Of a stretch of 64,000 nucleotides of DNA, positions 48,652 through 58,638 are shown piece by piece. The stretch comes from Planctomycetota bacterium (GTDB lineage: Bacteria; Planctomycetota; Planctomycetia; Pirellulales; UBA7805): the NCBI GenBank assembly GCA_036153155.1, contig JAYZMM010000132.1:136-64135 (forward strand), written 5' to 3'. A program made the position numbers and the translations under genes. The stretch's first letter is position 1, and every line of letters starts with the position of its first letter. Under the pieces are notes generated by a model. The model was not told the origin of the DNA, searched no databases, and saw only the letters and a program-made list of their open reading frames with translations.

Positions 48652-50531
48652 GATGCATCTTTGCGCTGGTTTTGCTTTTGAGCCGCTTCAAATAGTTCAA
48701 GTTGCTCGCGGATGAGACCTGAATGCGGATCTAGTTGAGCCGCCTCCCGTTGAAAGCGGACCGCCTTTTCGAGGTCGCCTTTGGCATAATAGCACCTTCC
48801 GAGCGTATCGAGGTATCCTGCAGCATCCGGTTTAATCTCAAGTGATCTGTGTGAATTCCGAATGGCCTCTTCCGCAAGTTGGAGATTCTTTTCGCCAAGT
48901 GTGTTCCCAACAAGCCATGCAAATTGATTGAGTGCCATCGCCGAATTCGGTGTTTTTCGAATTCGCTCGCGAAATGAATCGATCGCAGTCTCAATCCTTT
49001 TTATTGTTTTTGAATTCTCTTCAATGGTCTGGTTCGGCAGTCGATATATCGCGATTAACACGTCGGCATCGCTTGGATCTTCTTCAACAGCCTTGAGTAG
49101 CTCGGTCTTTTGCTCAGCACGATCACCCTCATCTTCGAAGTGACATGCGCGAAAGAAATGCATGCGCGAATAGATGCTTGCAGGACTGCGTTTGAGTTGC
49201 TGCACGAACTGGTTTTTCACGTTGGGGCTTGATTTCAATAATAAGACGAGTGGCTCCAGTACTTCAGCCGCTTTCTTGTCAGCACCTTGGCCGTGCAGCA
49301 TTTCAGAGAGTTGGCTGATTGCCATATGGGTATATATCGACTTCAGTCCATCAATTTGGATCACTTTTCGGTATTCATTCTCTGACCAATCAAACCAACC
49401 TTGGCGTTCCAGAGTCGATGCGGTCACTAGATGTTTTGCGGCCGTCGTGGGATTCAATTTTTGCGCCTGATCGGCAATCTTATCTGCTGCATCTTCCGCG
49501 CCTAAGGTTTGTTCGGCGTGGGCAAGCACGTACAGAAGCAGTGGGTCAGTCGCAAAAATATTATTAAATTTTTCGCCTATGTTTTTGATGACGCGAGCTG
49601 CTCGCTTTTTTAGCTGATTTTGTTCGGTACGCTCCCCGATCATCTTTTGAACCAGCAATCGAACACTATCTTCATCTTCGGGTTGGAGCCTCACCACTTG
49701 CAGGAGAAAGGGTTCTGCCTCCGAATCTCTGCCTGCTTGATCCAAAAGTTGCACCAGGTGAAAAAGGATTCGTTGTACGATTTCGTGGCTGGTCTGATCG
49801 TTGTTGCCTTTCCAGATTTCGAGTTCGCTGTCGGCGATTTTCTTCCAGTAATCAATCTTTTGATCGATTGGGATCTCGGTTACCAAATTTTCTCGCAGCC
49901 ATTCTGCAGCAGGTCGTTGCGATTCGGTTAACTGTTGCCCGATAGTCGAATGTCCGGCATCTGACGAGTCTTGATTTAACACGCTTTCCAAAATCCCGAG
50001 TGCCGCTAATTTGGAAAGCAAGGTTGATTTTTCATAACGCACAATACGCGCTAATGCGGCCCGCTCAGAATCGTCAGCCTGCTTGGAAAGCTCATCAATG
50101 ATTTCTTTTCTTTCCGCATCGCTTTTTTGATCATAATTTTTCATTGCAGCGCGAATATGTTTCGGGTCTTGGTCTTGGACCCAATCAATTTTGATCGCGG
50201 TGAGCAAATAACGGGCCCGCATTGCGATTTCAATGTCATCACTCAAAAGGGCACTGGACAACGCATCGAGCGCCGGCGGACCGATTTTCATTAGTTCGGT
50301 CTGTGCCTGTTCACGCAGTACGTAGCGAGGATGTCCCAGTTGTTTAATTAGTTGAGAGACGCCAAGGGGAGCCGATTTGATACCAACTGCAGGATCACTT
50401 GCAACGGCGTTACTTGTAAAAAAGATTACAATAATGCACCAAAAAATCGCTATTCCTGACGAGCGAAGGAGATTTGTATAGAGGTTACGGATGTGAAACG
50501 GGCAATCCAGTAAATGGACACGCACTGGCAT
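48648..50531 (-). CDS. Secreted/anchored TPR- and HEAT-like repeat protein
   Basis: N-terminal hydrophobic segment (IAIFWCIIVIFFTSNAVA). Helical repeats throughout. The C-terminal TPRs are clear (LGRCYYAKGDLEKAVRFQREAAQLDP). Confidence 0.75.
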   Translation of the reverse strand: MPVRVHLLDCPFHIRNLYTNLLRSSGIAIFWCIIVIFFTSNAVASDPAVGIKSAPLGVSQLIKQLGHPRYVLREQAQTELMKIGPPALDALSSALLSDDIEIAMRARYLLTAIKIDWVQDQDPKHIRAAMKNYDQKSDAERKEIIDELSKQADDSERAALARIVRYEKSTLLSKLAALGILESVLNQDSSDAGHSTIGQQLTESQRPAAEWLRENLVTEIPIDQKIDYWKKIADSELEIWKGNNDQTSHEIVQRILFHLVQLLDQAGRDSEAEPFLLQVVRLQPEDEDSVRLLVQKMIGERTEQNQLKKRAARVIKNIGEKFNNIFATDPLLLYVLAHAEQTLGAEDAADKIADQAQKLNPTTAAKHLVTASTLERQGWFDWSENEYRKVIQIDGLKSIYTHMAISQLSEMLHGQGADKKAAEVLEPLVLLLKSSPNVKNQFVQQLKRSPASIYSRMHFFRACHFEDEGDRAEQKTELLKAVEEDPSDADVLIAIYRLPNQTIEENSKTIKRIETAIDSFRERIRKTPNSAMALNQFAWLVGNTLGEKNLQLAEEAIRNSHRSLEIKPDAAGYLDTLGRCYYAKGDLEKAVRFQREAAQLDPHSGLIREQLELFEAAQKQNQRKDAS

Positions 50532-50688
50532 CGATTAGGACCCATGCATCAAAGGTTTAGGTGTTACATCGCCTGAAAGTTGCACCGCTCGAGAGAAACG
50601 ATTCCGAGAAAGCTGTATACGATCACTCACCTCGGTGAGCTTCTGACGCGTCGGATGCATGGCATCAAAAAAAGTCTTCGGAATAAAA

Positions 50689-51138
50689 TTAGGAATGCGC
50701 CGATTCATCTTCCATTTTTTGAATGTATTGTCTCAACCGCTCTATTTCGTCAGTTACATGTCGAATTTTTAGCATGTTTTGAATCCGCTTGACGAGTTCG
50801 ACACGGTTTACCGGTTTACTAAGAAAGTCGTCGGTCCCCGCCTCTACGGCACGCTCAATATCGCCGAGTTCATTTAATGCCGTGACCATTAATATCATTA
50901 TACCGCTCGTTGTCGGATCGTCCTTGAGTTTCCGACAAACTTCGAAACCAGATAGCTTAGGCATCATTACATCCAGTAAGATGACATCTGGTTGAAAACC
51001 AGCAACCTTATCGATGGTTTCCTGTCCGTCGCGCGCTATCTCAATGTCACATTCAATGCCTGTTAAATAGGCCTCAAGCAGTTCGACATTCGGCTGGTTA
51101 TCATCTGCAATTAAAATTTTACTTAAAGCCACACGCAC
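50689..51138 (-). CDS. Single-domain response regulator (CheY-like receiver plus short helical tail)
   Basis: ILIADDNQPNVELL, phospho-acceptor context DVILLDVMMPKLSG, MVTAL and the conserved K (SKP). No cognate kinase adjacent. GTG start. Confidence 0.85.
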   Translation of the reverse strand: MRVALSKILIADDNQPNVELLEAYLTGIECDIEIARDGQETIDKVAGFQPDVILLDVMMPKLSGFEVCRKLKDDPTTSGIMILMVTALNELGDIERAVEAGTDDFLSKPVNRVELVKRIQNMLKIRHVTDEIERLRQYIQKMEDESAHS

Positions 51139-51326
51139 ACCCTGGTTGATTTAAGATCCGAGTTTTAGACACTTACGGTTGGCCGGTTGGCACTACCTTT
51201 GAAATAAGATTTCATTATAGGCTTGCGGTGCATTTGGGCAAACAGGCACTCCGGTGATCACGCTTCCTCGCGCAAAAACCCATGTTGCATCCCCGGTCAA
51301 ATTGTAACGGGGGTATGTGGGCAAGC

Positions 51327-52583
51327 TTACGTGGTTTCAGAAAGAGTGGCTGCTGGTACCGGAAAATCGACGCACAGTTCGTTGATTTCATGATGAATCT
51401 GCTGCAAAACAGCTTGATCCTCTGCACCTCGAAGTGCGGTCACGATCCAATGACCAATCTTTCGCATTTCCGCTGGTCCCATGCCCCGTGTCGTCAACGC
51501 GGGCGTGCCTAGGCGGATGCCAGAGGGGTCCATGGGCTTTCTTTCATCAAAGGGGATCATATTCATGTTGACGGTGATCCCACAGGCTTCCAGCGCTGTC
51601 TCTGCTGGTTTACCACTGAGACCGAGCGGGGTCACATCGGCCAGCATTAAATGGTTATCTGTGCCGCCACTTACCAGTCGCAGTCCGCCTTCCGAGAGTG
51701 ACTCAGCCAATGCTTTCGCATTTTCGATAACACGGGCGGCATATTGCTTAAAATCTTCTGAGAGCGCTTCTCCATAGCAAACAGCCTTTCCCGCAATGAC
51801 GTGCATCAAGGGACCACCCTGTGTGCCAGGGAAAATATTGCGATCAATCATCTTCGCATCGGACTCTCGGCAAAGAATCATGCCACCCCGTGGTCCGCGT
51901 AAAGTCTTATGTGTGGTCGTGGTCACAAAATCTGCAACTGGAACCGGATTGTCGTGGAGTCCGGCGGCAACCAGTCCGGCGTAGTGTGCCATGTCGACCA
52001 ACAAACGTGCCCCTACTTCATTTGCAATTTCTGCAAACCGTGCGTGCTGTATTTCGCGCGGGTAAGCACTGGCACCGGCAATTATCAATTTTGGCTTGTG
52101 CTCACGAGCAAGTTTTGCAATTTGGTCGAAATCGAGACGGTGTGTGGAAGGGTCAACACCATAGTGGATAAAATGATAAAGCTTTCCCGAAATGTTTAAT
52201 TTCATGCCATGGGTTAGATGTCCTCCATGGGCAAGATCCAAAGCCAGAACCGTATCTCCAGGTTCAACACAGGTGAGATAGACTGCTCCATTGGCCTGTG
52301 AGCCTGAGTGGGGTTGTACGTTGGCATGCTCAGCACCAAAAAGCTTTTTTGCGCGATCGCGGGCAAGGTCCTCAATCGTATCGACAAATTCACAGCCTCC
52401 ATAATAGCGCCGGCCAGGATAGCCTTCGGCATACTTATTGGTCAGCACGCTACCGACCGCTTGCATGACCGTGGGACTCGTGTAATTTTCACTCGCAATC
52501 ATCTCAAGACCATTTTCCTGCCGGACAATTTCCTGGGAGATGGCGGACCAGACTTCAGGATCTTGGAGTTCAATTTGGTTCAT
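51327..52583 (-). CDS. glyA: Serine hydroxymethyltransferase
   Basis: [18 protein letters not shown] and the PLP-Lys motif [15 protein letters not shown]. Confidence 0.95.
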   Translation of the reverse strand: MNQIELQDPEVWSAISQEIVRQENGLEMIASENYTSPTVMQAVGSVLTNKYAEGYPGRRYYGGCEFVDTIEDLARDRAKKLFGAEHANVQPHSGSQANGAVYLTCVEPGDTVLALDLAHGGHLTHGMKLNISGKLYHFIHYGVDPSTHRLDFDQIAKLAREHKPKLIIAGASAYPREIQHARFAEIANEVGARLLVDMAHYAGLVAAGLHDNPVPVADFVTTTTHKTLRGPRGGMILCRESDAKMIDRNIFPGTQGGPLMHVIAGKAVCYGEALSEDFKQYAARVIENAKALAESLSEGGLRLVSGGTDNHLMLADVTPLGLSGKPAETALEACGITVNMNMIPFDERKPMDPSGIRLGTPALTTRGMGPAEMRKIGHWIVTALRGAEDQAVLQQIHHEINELCVDFPVPAATLSETT

Positions 52584-52744
52584 GCTGCTATCTCTAGAGT
52601 TACGGGAAAAAACGGGCCCTGTATCACGGACACTCAGACGTTATTGTTTCGTTGCCCGCAGGGTTGTCAATTGGCCAATCAGGCTTTAGGTGGGTCAATT
52701 GAAATGCAACGGTATCGGTAGGACGCTTTTTCAAGCCGATCTGA

Positions 52745-54190
52745 CTAGGGAATATCCGTTGTTGTGGTTTTTGTCCTCCGCACGTCGATATCCAGCTTTT
52801 CGGGCTTCTGGATGTAAACACGGATCGTACCTTCGTTGTCGGGGAGTCTGTTTGCCTTGTTATTGATACGTAAATATAGCGTTCCCGATTGATCGGGCGT
52901 CCAATGTTTCTCACAGCCGATCAAATGGACACGCGACGCGTTAAAATAATCGGTCTCGGTTTTTCCCGGGGGTATGAGGACCGCTTGTAGCACTCCGAGT
53001 GGCTGTCCTGAAGAATAGTGCAGCGTAATGCCCCCCGGATCACTGGACCACCGTTCCTCTGCAGTGGCTCCTCGCATGCTGAATTTACCATCGGCGCGAA
53101 TATGATAGGTCTCACCTGACTCCAGGAACGCTTGGGTGGGCTGCCAGCCGGATGCGGCACTTATGGTTGTCACCATATCCGGCTCCGAGGCTTTTATTGG
53201 TTTTCCTGTTCGATAAGGAATTGCAGAACGATCAAGGTCGTACGCATAGTCAATCTCACGGACAAATAGCAACCACTCAGATTCGAGCTCTTGCCAGTCA
53301 TCATGAAAGGCCTGCAGGAATTTGTCATTGAAATCATTCCCCGTAACGGAGCGATTCAATTTACGAAAACGGCTTTGATATTTCGGATGCCCATCAAGAA
53401 AAGCCGCAAGTGCCCAACACCATCCGTAGGGCACATTTTTGCTGTGGGCCTCAACTCCGTAAGCAAGGATTTGCTTGATATTACGGGTGCGGCCTTGGTC
53501 AACCTCGTCGCGAACAATGCGTATCCGCCCCAACATTGGAACATGCTTTTTTTCCAGCGGAAAATATCCGACCTCGAGTCGGCTTTCGCTCGTCTCATCC
53601 CACCAATGAGTTGCCAAAAGTTCAGCCATGCCTTCTGCATGCCACGGTGGACTAATGGTTTCAAAGAATGTGGACATGAATCCATGCACGCCTTCATGAA
53701 GCAACAGATGGCGTCGATAATAATCACTCTTCTGGTCGAACATCCAAAGCATTTTTTCTTGAGAGAATCCATTGCGAAATGCTTGTATCGCATCAGGGCA
53801 GAGGCCAGTCTGTCGAAAACGCTCTCGATCGTTCATCAGACAGCCAACCATCTGCCATTTTTCAAAGTCATTTTTCGAAATATCGAATGCTTCGGCCCAT
53901 TGGGGAACGGCTTGATCAAAAACAAATGGCATTCGATCAACCTCTTTGCTTGGTGGTAAGTCCGTCAACAGAAGCAAATGTTTGCCGCGAATGAGGCGGA
54001 TGCCAGCCTTTTCATAACGCTCGATTTGGTGTGGAGCAAGAATGTCAATCTCAGAGAACAACGGATGGAAGCTACCGGATCCCATCCCGTTGGCTTGCGA
54101 AAGGTCAGTGGGCAATGCCCCAAACACGAATATCAGCAATGATATGCCAGAAAAGAATCGGTCGAAAAATGGATGAAATTGGCAGAGCAT
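52745..54190 (-). CDS. Secreted HExxH protein (DUF1570-like putative metallopeptidase) with C-terminal beta-rich domain
   Basis: Signal-like N-terminus. LLLHEGVHGFMS (HExxH) with a downstream HAEGMAELLA. The C-terminal ~150 aa are beta-rich (YHIRADGKFSM...YLRINNKANRLPDNEGTIRVYI). Confidence 0.6.
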   Translation of the reverse strand: MLCQFHPFFDRFFSGISLLIFVFGALPTDLSQANGMGSGSFHPLFSEIDILAPHQIERYEKAGIRLIRGKHLLLLTDLPPSKEVDRMPFVFDQAVPQWAEAFDISKNDFEKWQMVGCLMNDRERFRQTGLCPDAIQAFRNGFSQEKMLWMFDQKSDYYRRHLLLHEGVHGFMSTFFETISPPWHAEGMAELLATHWWDETSESRLEVGYFPLEKKHVPMLGRIRIVRDEVDQGRTRNIKQILAYGVEAHSKNVPYGWCWALAAFLDGHPKYQSRFRKLNRSVTGNDFNDKFLQAFHDDWQELESEWLLFVREIDYAYDLDRSAIPYRTGKPIKASEPDMVTTISAASGWQPTQAFLESGETYHIRADGKFSMRGATAEERWSSDPGGITLHYSSGQPLGVLQAVLIPPGKTETDYFNASRVHLIGCEKHWTPDQSGTLYLRINNKANRLPDNEGTIRVYIQKPEKLDIDVRRTKTTTTDIP

Positions 54191-54284
54191 AAAAACCAAA
54201 TATTAGAAGCAAGCAACGTCTAGCACACACCGTCACCATTGTACTTTCGCGCAATTCAAAAATCTCTCTCCGTGATTCAGTAGT

Positions 54285-54935
54285 CTACTGGTCTGAGAGC
54301 TTGCAGATTTTAATGTTGCGAAATTCGAGGGGCAGTCCGTGATCTTGGAGACCGATATACCCGGCTAGCGGTTGCGGACGGCCGATTTTCTCACTCATGT
54401 TAAGATCGATTATCTGCTTGCCATTCAAATCGACCAGCAGATGGTCGCCCCTGCAGTTGATCCGCATTTTATTCCATTCACCAGCCGGTTTTGCCGCATT
54501 GCTCTCAGGTGCGCGAATGCCGATCACGCCACCACAGTCGTGCGGCGTCAGCGCGCCTTTTTTTTCATGTGAGTCTAGAATCTGGATTTCAATTCCCTCG
54601 TAAACCGGATTTTTTTTGTTTTTCACTCCCAAGAAAATACCGCTGTTTCCTTTCGGTGGAATTTTATATTCCAGTTGCAAAATGAAATCGGCATACTTTT
54701 TATCGGTCCAGAGATAATCTGCATACCGTTGCCAACCTTCTTCACCCGGGCGGGGCTCGATTGAGAGTGTGCCATTGGCAGTTGCCTTCCAATTTCCGGT
54801 TGTCGACCAACCGGCTAAATCGTTCCCATTGAAGAGTGCCTGCCATACGGATCCAGATTCTCCTGTCAGCAAGACAGGGGAAAATATTGCAATCATTGCG
54901 AGAAGCACTATAAAACCAACTGGTCGATAATGCAT
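54285..54935 (-). CDS. DUF1080 (3-keto-disaccharide hydrolase-like) secreted protein
   Basis: WQALFNGNDLAGWS, GNSGIFLG, EIQILD and GYIGLQDHGLPLEFRNIKI are family signatures. Signal peptide present. Confidence 0.85.
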   Translation of the reverse strand: MHYRPVGFIVLLAMIAIFSPVLLTGESGSVWQALFNGNDLAGWSTTGNWKATANGTLSIEPRPGEEGWQRYADYLWTDKKYADFILQLEYKIPPKGNSGIFLGVKNKKNPVYEGIEIQILDSHEKKGALTPHDCGGVIGIRAPESNAAKPAGEWNKMRINCRGDHLLVDLNGKQIIDLNMSEKIGRPQPLAGYIGLQDHGLPLEFRNIKICKLSDQ

Positions 54936-55142
54936 GGTCCGCTCCTTGGTAGGGTGCCCAACACGTACGGCTATCAGGGATCTACCTACGTATGCCCCGG
55001 GGAAATGAATTTACTTCTTCAGCTATCCTTACTCTATGCTAACCTAGATTGGTATCTCAGAAAATAACGACTAGAATAAAGTCCAAAGGCAAGATCGGTG
55101 ATGCGCAGTGCGGTCCACCCGTCGGGAAAAAGAGATATTGGG

Positions 55143-55358
55143 ATGAGTACAAACGAGAACTGGGATCAATGTCCCGTTTGCGCGGCGCCCGTGATGATTA
55201 ATCCGCAAAGCGGACAGCTCGAAGACTGTGGAGAGTGTACCTCGAAAAAGTCCTCGACAGCTGGCTGGCTCGGAATCTGGTTTATATTTCTGCTAGTATT
55301 GGGGGGAGCAGCAATACTCTATTTTTCCATCCGGACACTATTTCCAACAGAAGAATAA
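55143..55358 (+). CDS. Small zinc-ribbon plus single-TM protein (71 aa)
   Basis: CPVC-x15-CGEC, followed by the hydrophobic WLGIWFIFLLVLGGAAILYF. Start uncertain (GTG 55098, ATG 55101 or ATG 55143). Confidence 0.4.
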   Translation: MSTNENWDQCPVCAAPVMINPQSGQLEDCGECTSKKSSTAGWLGIWFIFLLVLGGAAILYFSIRTLFPTEE

Positions 55359-55433
55359 TTTGTTGGGGTAGGCAGTAAAATCTTTTGTTACGTCTTTTAT
55401 TATGTAAAGATGGTCTTGCCACTTCATTAGAAG

Positions 55434-56372
55434 TTAATCGTGCGCGATATCCCCTGAGGAAATTTTCATCTTAGCGGTTGGAAAATCACCGAGGCGGATC
55501 ATCATGATCTTTGAAATCGATTTATCGGCAGCTTGCTCGTTAAAAAATCGGTGCCCAAGACTCCCCGGTTGATTCGCCTGCGGACCAACAATCAAAATTT
55601 GGCCCTGATGCAGATCTGCGTCCACTTGCAAACGTGGCAGTCTTTTTTTCTCTCGGCTGGTTTGGAGTTGAAACATTCCTTCACCCGGCACATATTCGTT
55701 GTGAAATGCCCCAAAATGTATCTCAGGTGTTAGTCGCAAAGCTACTTGTTCATCATTCACGTCACGAATTTCTACAATAAATTGCGCCTGCCCGTCGTTC
55801 AGTGTCTGCCCGATCAATTTGCCGTCGTGCATTTCTAGCATTTGAAATTCCTTTTGAATGGACGATGCAAGTAGTTCACTTTGCTGTCCAGGTTGGAGGA
55901 AAATTTTTCTACTGATGGCATGAGTAGATTGTAAATTTCCAAATTCTTCCAATGCAATTTTACTTGTTCTTGCCTGATGGGCAGTTTGGAGAATGTCTTG
56001 TATTTCACCAGAGGTTTGTGTTCCTATAACGCCGACTCGAAATCCATTTTTATGAAGCTCTCGTCGAAATTTCGCATCAATGGCTAATTCATCGACTTCT
56101 TGCCAAAGTATGTTCGTCGCTTCCAGATCTCGGGGTGGAATCCTAACAAAGACAACCTCCAGCTCGGTTTGAGTCGGCGCCTTTTCCAATGCAGCGAGTG
56201 GCGAGGCATTTTTCATTTTTGGTTGCTTTATCGATCGACATCCATGAGATCCCGATATTGCGGAAATAAGGTAAACACAGATCCATAAGCGTGTGATAAA
56301 TGAGGGGATCCGGAGAGATTTAAGGCATAACTTGGGTTTCTGCTTCGGTTGCATCGACGAGGGATAAAACAT
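55434..56372 (-). CDS. Hypothetical secreted / lipoprotein-like protein
   Basis: Hydrophobic N-terminus ending ISGSHGC, an imperfect lipobox. No motif recognised. The ATG is 2 nt after the upstream gene's stop. Confidence 0.6.
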   Translation of the reverse strand: MFYPSSMQPKQKPKLCLKSLRIPSFITRLWICVYLISAISGSHGCRSIKQPKMKNASPLAALEKAPTQTELEVVFVRIPPRDLEATNILWQEVDELAIDAKFRRELHKNGFRVGVIGTQTSGEIQDILQTAHQARTSKIALEEFGNLQSTHAISRKIFLQPGQQSELLASSIQKEFQMLEMHDGKLIGQTLNDGQAQFIVEIRDVNDEQVALRLTPEIHFGAFHNEYVPGEGMFQLQTSREKKRLPRLQVDADLHQGQILIVGPQANQPGSLGHRFFNEQAADKSISKIMMIRLGDFPTAKMKISSGDIAHD

Positions 56373-56374
56373 TA

Positions 56375-58210
56375 TCAGGCGACCCCACGCAATACACTGT
56401 CGTTACTTTGCTTTTCAATTAAGCGTTCAATTGTTCGCAGCGGAGCATGTTCATGATTCCAAGAATGGGCATGTTCTCGTGCCGATTCTCTATAATGACC
56501 GTAATGCAGAATCATTTCCCGAATGAGGTCGGGGATTTGATCGAAATCGCTTGCAATCAATCCCACCGCGCCAGAGGGTAGTTCTTTCGCACTTCGCTTG
56601 ATAAATGATATCTGTGGGCGCCCTGTCATCATCGAATGGTTGTGGTAAGCGTTCGATATTTCGATGCGAATTGAATCAGACTGAGGATCGATTCCGACAA
56701 TACTGAATACAGATTTACCTTGTTCTCTTTCGCACAAAATGGATGAATGGGGCCGTGCCTGTGTCCGCCCAGTGGCGTCTTGTTGTACAGCACGAACTCT
56801 TAAGAAATGACCTGGTCGTGTATCGAGCCAAGGAATTTGAACGATGGCTGCACCGGCCCCTGCAGGTATCGCTATGGATGTGGTTGTCGGGTTCGTATCG
56901 CCAGCAATAAGAACACTCTCAGGCTTGCCCGATGCGTTGGGGTCTCGCAGGTTGTCATCTGCATTGCAAAGAGGCGTCTCCAAGTATTTTTTGGCGATGA
57001 TTGCTTCACGCCGGAGAATGCCTTCCAAGTGCTGGTAGATTGGCTCTGCAAGTTGCAAGGCCAACCAACTACCGGCCGTGACAATCACCGGGACACCGGC
57101 CGAGAGCATTTCAATCAGCACTCCACTTGCTCGAGCATGATAGCGAGCATTGTTGTAAGGGAGCAGGCCGATGTCAGTGTGGTGAATAAATTCAAGGTAT
57201 TCTTTTCGCTTTAGTGGATGAGGCACCACAACAATTGGGGCATCGTTTGAGGCTGGTGTTTTTGCCCTAGCAATCTGTGTCTGGTCGAAATCAGACAATT
57301 GCCTTGCAATGGTATGATGGTTCCCTTGCATCCAAACTTGCGCATTTTGTTCCAGGGTATGATCGCGGTGTAATCGCTCGAATAGTTGGTTTAACTCTCT
57401 TTTCCCTTTTTCTCGCCGCGGGGCTCCTGCCAAAGTCACCCGCAAACGTTTATCTCTAGGTGGTCGACTTGGTATCTCAAAATCTTGAATCAGGCTGATG
57501 GGATAGGGAAGGGGTGAGAATTTTGCGACCTGAAGCCGATTATATTGGTCGGCTATTTGTTGCGTAGTTGCATAGAAATGAAGTCGATGCGTTGGAATCG
57601 CAGCCAGAGCGTGTGAAAACTGCCTCGACATGCATGCTATTCGTTCTCTTTGGCTCTCAAACTCAGGAGGCCGACCGTCAAAAATATCGTAATGAAATTG
57701 CACGTGCCAATGCTGCGTTTTTGTGGCATTGTTCGAGGCCAGGAATGCGGCGAGTCCTAGGAAATCAAAATCGGATACGGACGGAAAGAAAATAATGTCA
57801 TCCTGATTCCATCCGATTCGATCGAAAAGATGTTGGCACGCATCTTTGAATGCGCGAATTCTTCGTTTACGGTCCCACGTTTGAAAAAATCGCGACCAGG
57901 GTTTGCCTTTGGATGGCTGACGCTGTTCACTCGAATTCAAGTTATTTAATGTCCGACCGTCGATACCGACAGGTTCAGTTCGTTTGCCATCAACGCCAAC
58001 CGTATGGGTTCGGTTCCACGCATATCGGAAAATCGGATAACAGCTCCAATTTGTCGGTAGCGCGGACCTTTCTTTGAAGAATGCTTGGGCAGTGGCCAAA
58101 ACCACTTCGTGTTGAGAGTTTGCGGCCGCCTGCAGAATCTCCATCGCATACTGGTAGTTATGTCCGCCGACAGACTCCAGCCAATTATCGATGAGTATAA
58201 AACGCCGCAT
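56375..58210 (-). CDS. Large putative glycosyltransferase (GT-B-like core with ~200-aa C-terminal extension)
   Basis: The central segment IVVVPHPLKRKEYLEFIHHTDIGLLPYNNARYHARASGVLIEMLSAGVPVIVTAGS resembles the nucleotide-sugar-binding half of GT-B enzymes. The N- and C-terminal regions are unassigned. Confidence 0.5.
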   Translation of the reverse strand: MRRFILIDNWLESVGGHNYQYAMEILQAAANSQHEVVLATAQAFFKERSALPTNWSCYPIFRYAWNRTHTVGVDGKRTEPVGIDGRTLNNLNSSEQRQPSKGKPWSRFFQTWDRKRRIRAFKDACQHLFDRIGWNQDDIIFFPSVSDFDFLGLAAFLASNNATKTQHWHVQFHYDIFDGRPPEFESQRERIACMSRQFSHALAAIPTHRLHFYATTQQIADQYNRLQVAKFSPLPYPISLIQDFEIPSRPPRDKRLRVTLAGAPRREKGKRELNQLFERLHRDHTLEQNAQVWMQGNHHTIARQLSDFDQTQIARAKTPASNDAPIVVVPHPLKRKEYLEFIHHTDIGLLPYNNARYHARASGVLIEMLSAGVPVIVTAGSWLALQLAEPIYQHLEGILRREAIIAKKYLETPLCNADDNLRDPNASGKPESVLIAGDTNPTTTSIAIPAGAGAAIVQIPWLDTRPGHFLRVRAVQQDATGRTQARPHSSILCEREQGKSVFSIVGIDPQSDSIRIEISNAYHNHSMMTGRPQISFIKRSAKELPSGAVGLIASDFDQIPDLIREMILHYGHYRESAREHAHSWNHEHAPLRTIERLIEKQSNDSVLRGVA

Positions 58211-58638
58211 GGCCAAAGCCCATGTTCTAAAGATCTAAAAACCCGTCGGATCCTATTTTTCCATCTGCAAAGCGTCAAGAGACACTCGAGTAGAGCACCC
58301 GGCATTTATGGGTTATCAGCAATTGAATGCAACGATAGCGTAACTATGTTCACGAAGTGAATGGAAATTGATAAGGATATTCGCCGCGCACATCGGGCAG
58401 AGGCAAATGGCAGTGAAGAGGATGACAAATCCAGATATCCTTCTGGCCTTGGCTTTACTCACGCTAGCGTTGCCGTCAAATAACAGTAGCTGTCTACAAA
58501 TCACTCTTGGGAAAGCCTACGGGTTTGACTACAAACCGCTTGCATCGCATGGCTTGAGGCTGTGTCTTGTTTTGTACGTTTTGTAATTGCGAAGCACATC
58601 ATCACAGTCACTGAATAGATCTGAGGACCATCCTAATC

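Noticed and set aside
53291-53959. 222-codon plus-strand ORF inside the HExxH protein gene
   Set aside because: No recognisable motif, and it lies entirely antisense to a better-supported secreted protein gene that has a signal peptide and an HExxH motif.
58316-58504. 62-codon minus-strand ORF with one hydrophobic stretch in the GT divergent spacer
   Set aside because: A single weak hydrophobic segment is insufficient evidence, and there is no start context or conservation I can assess.
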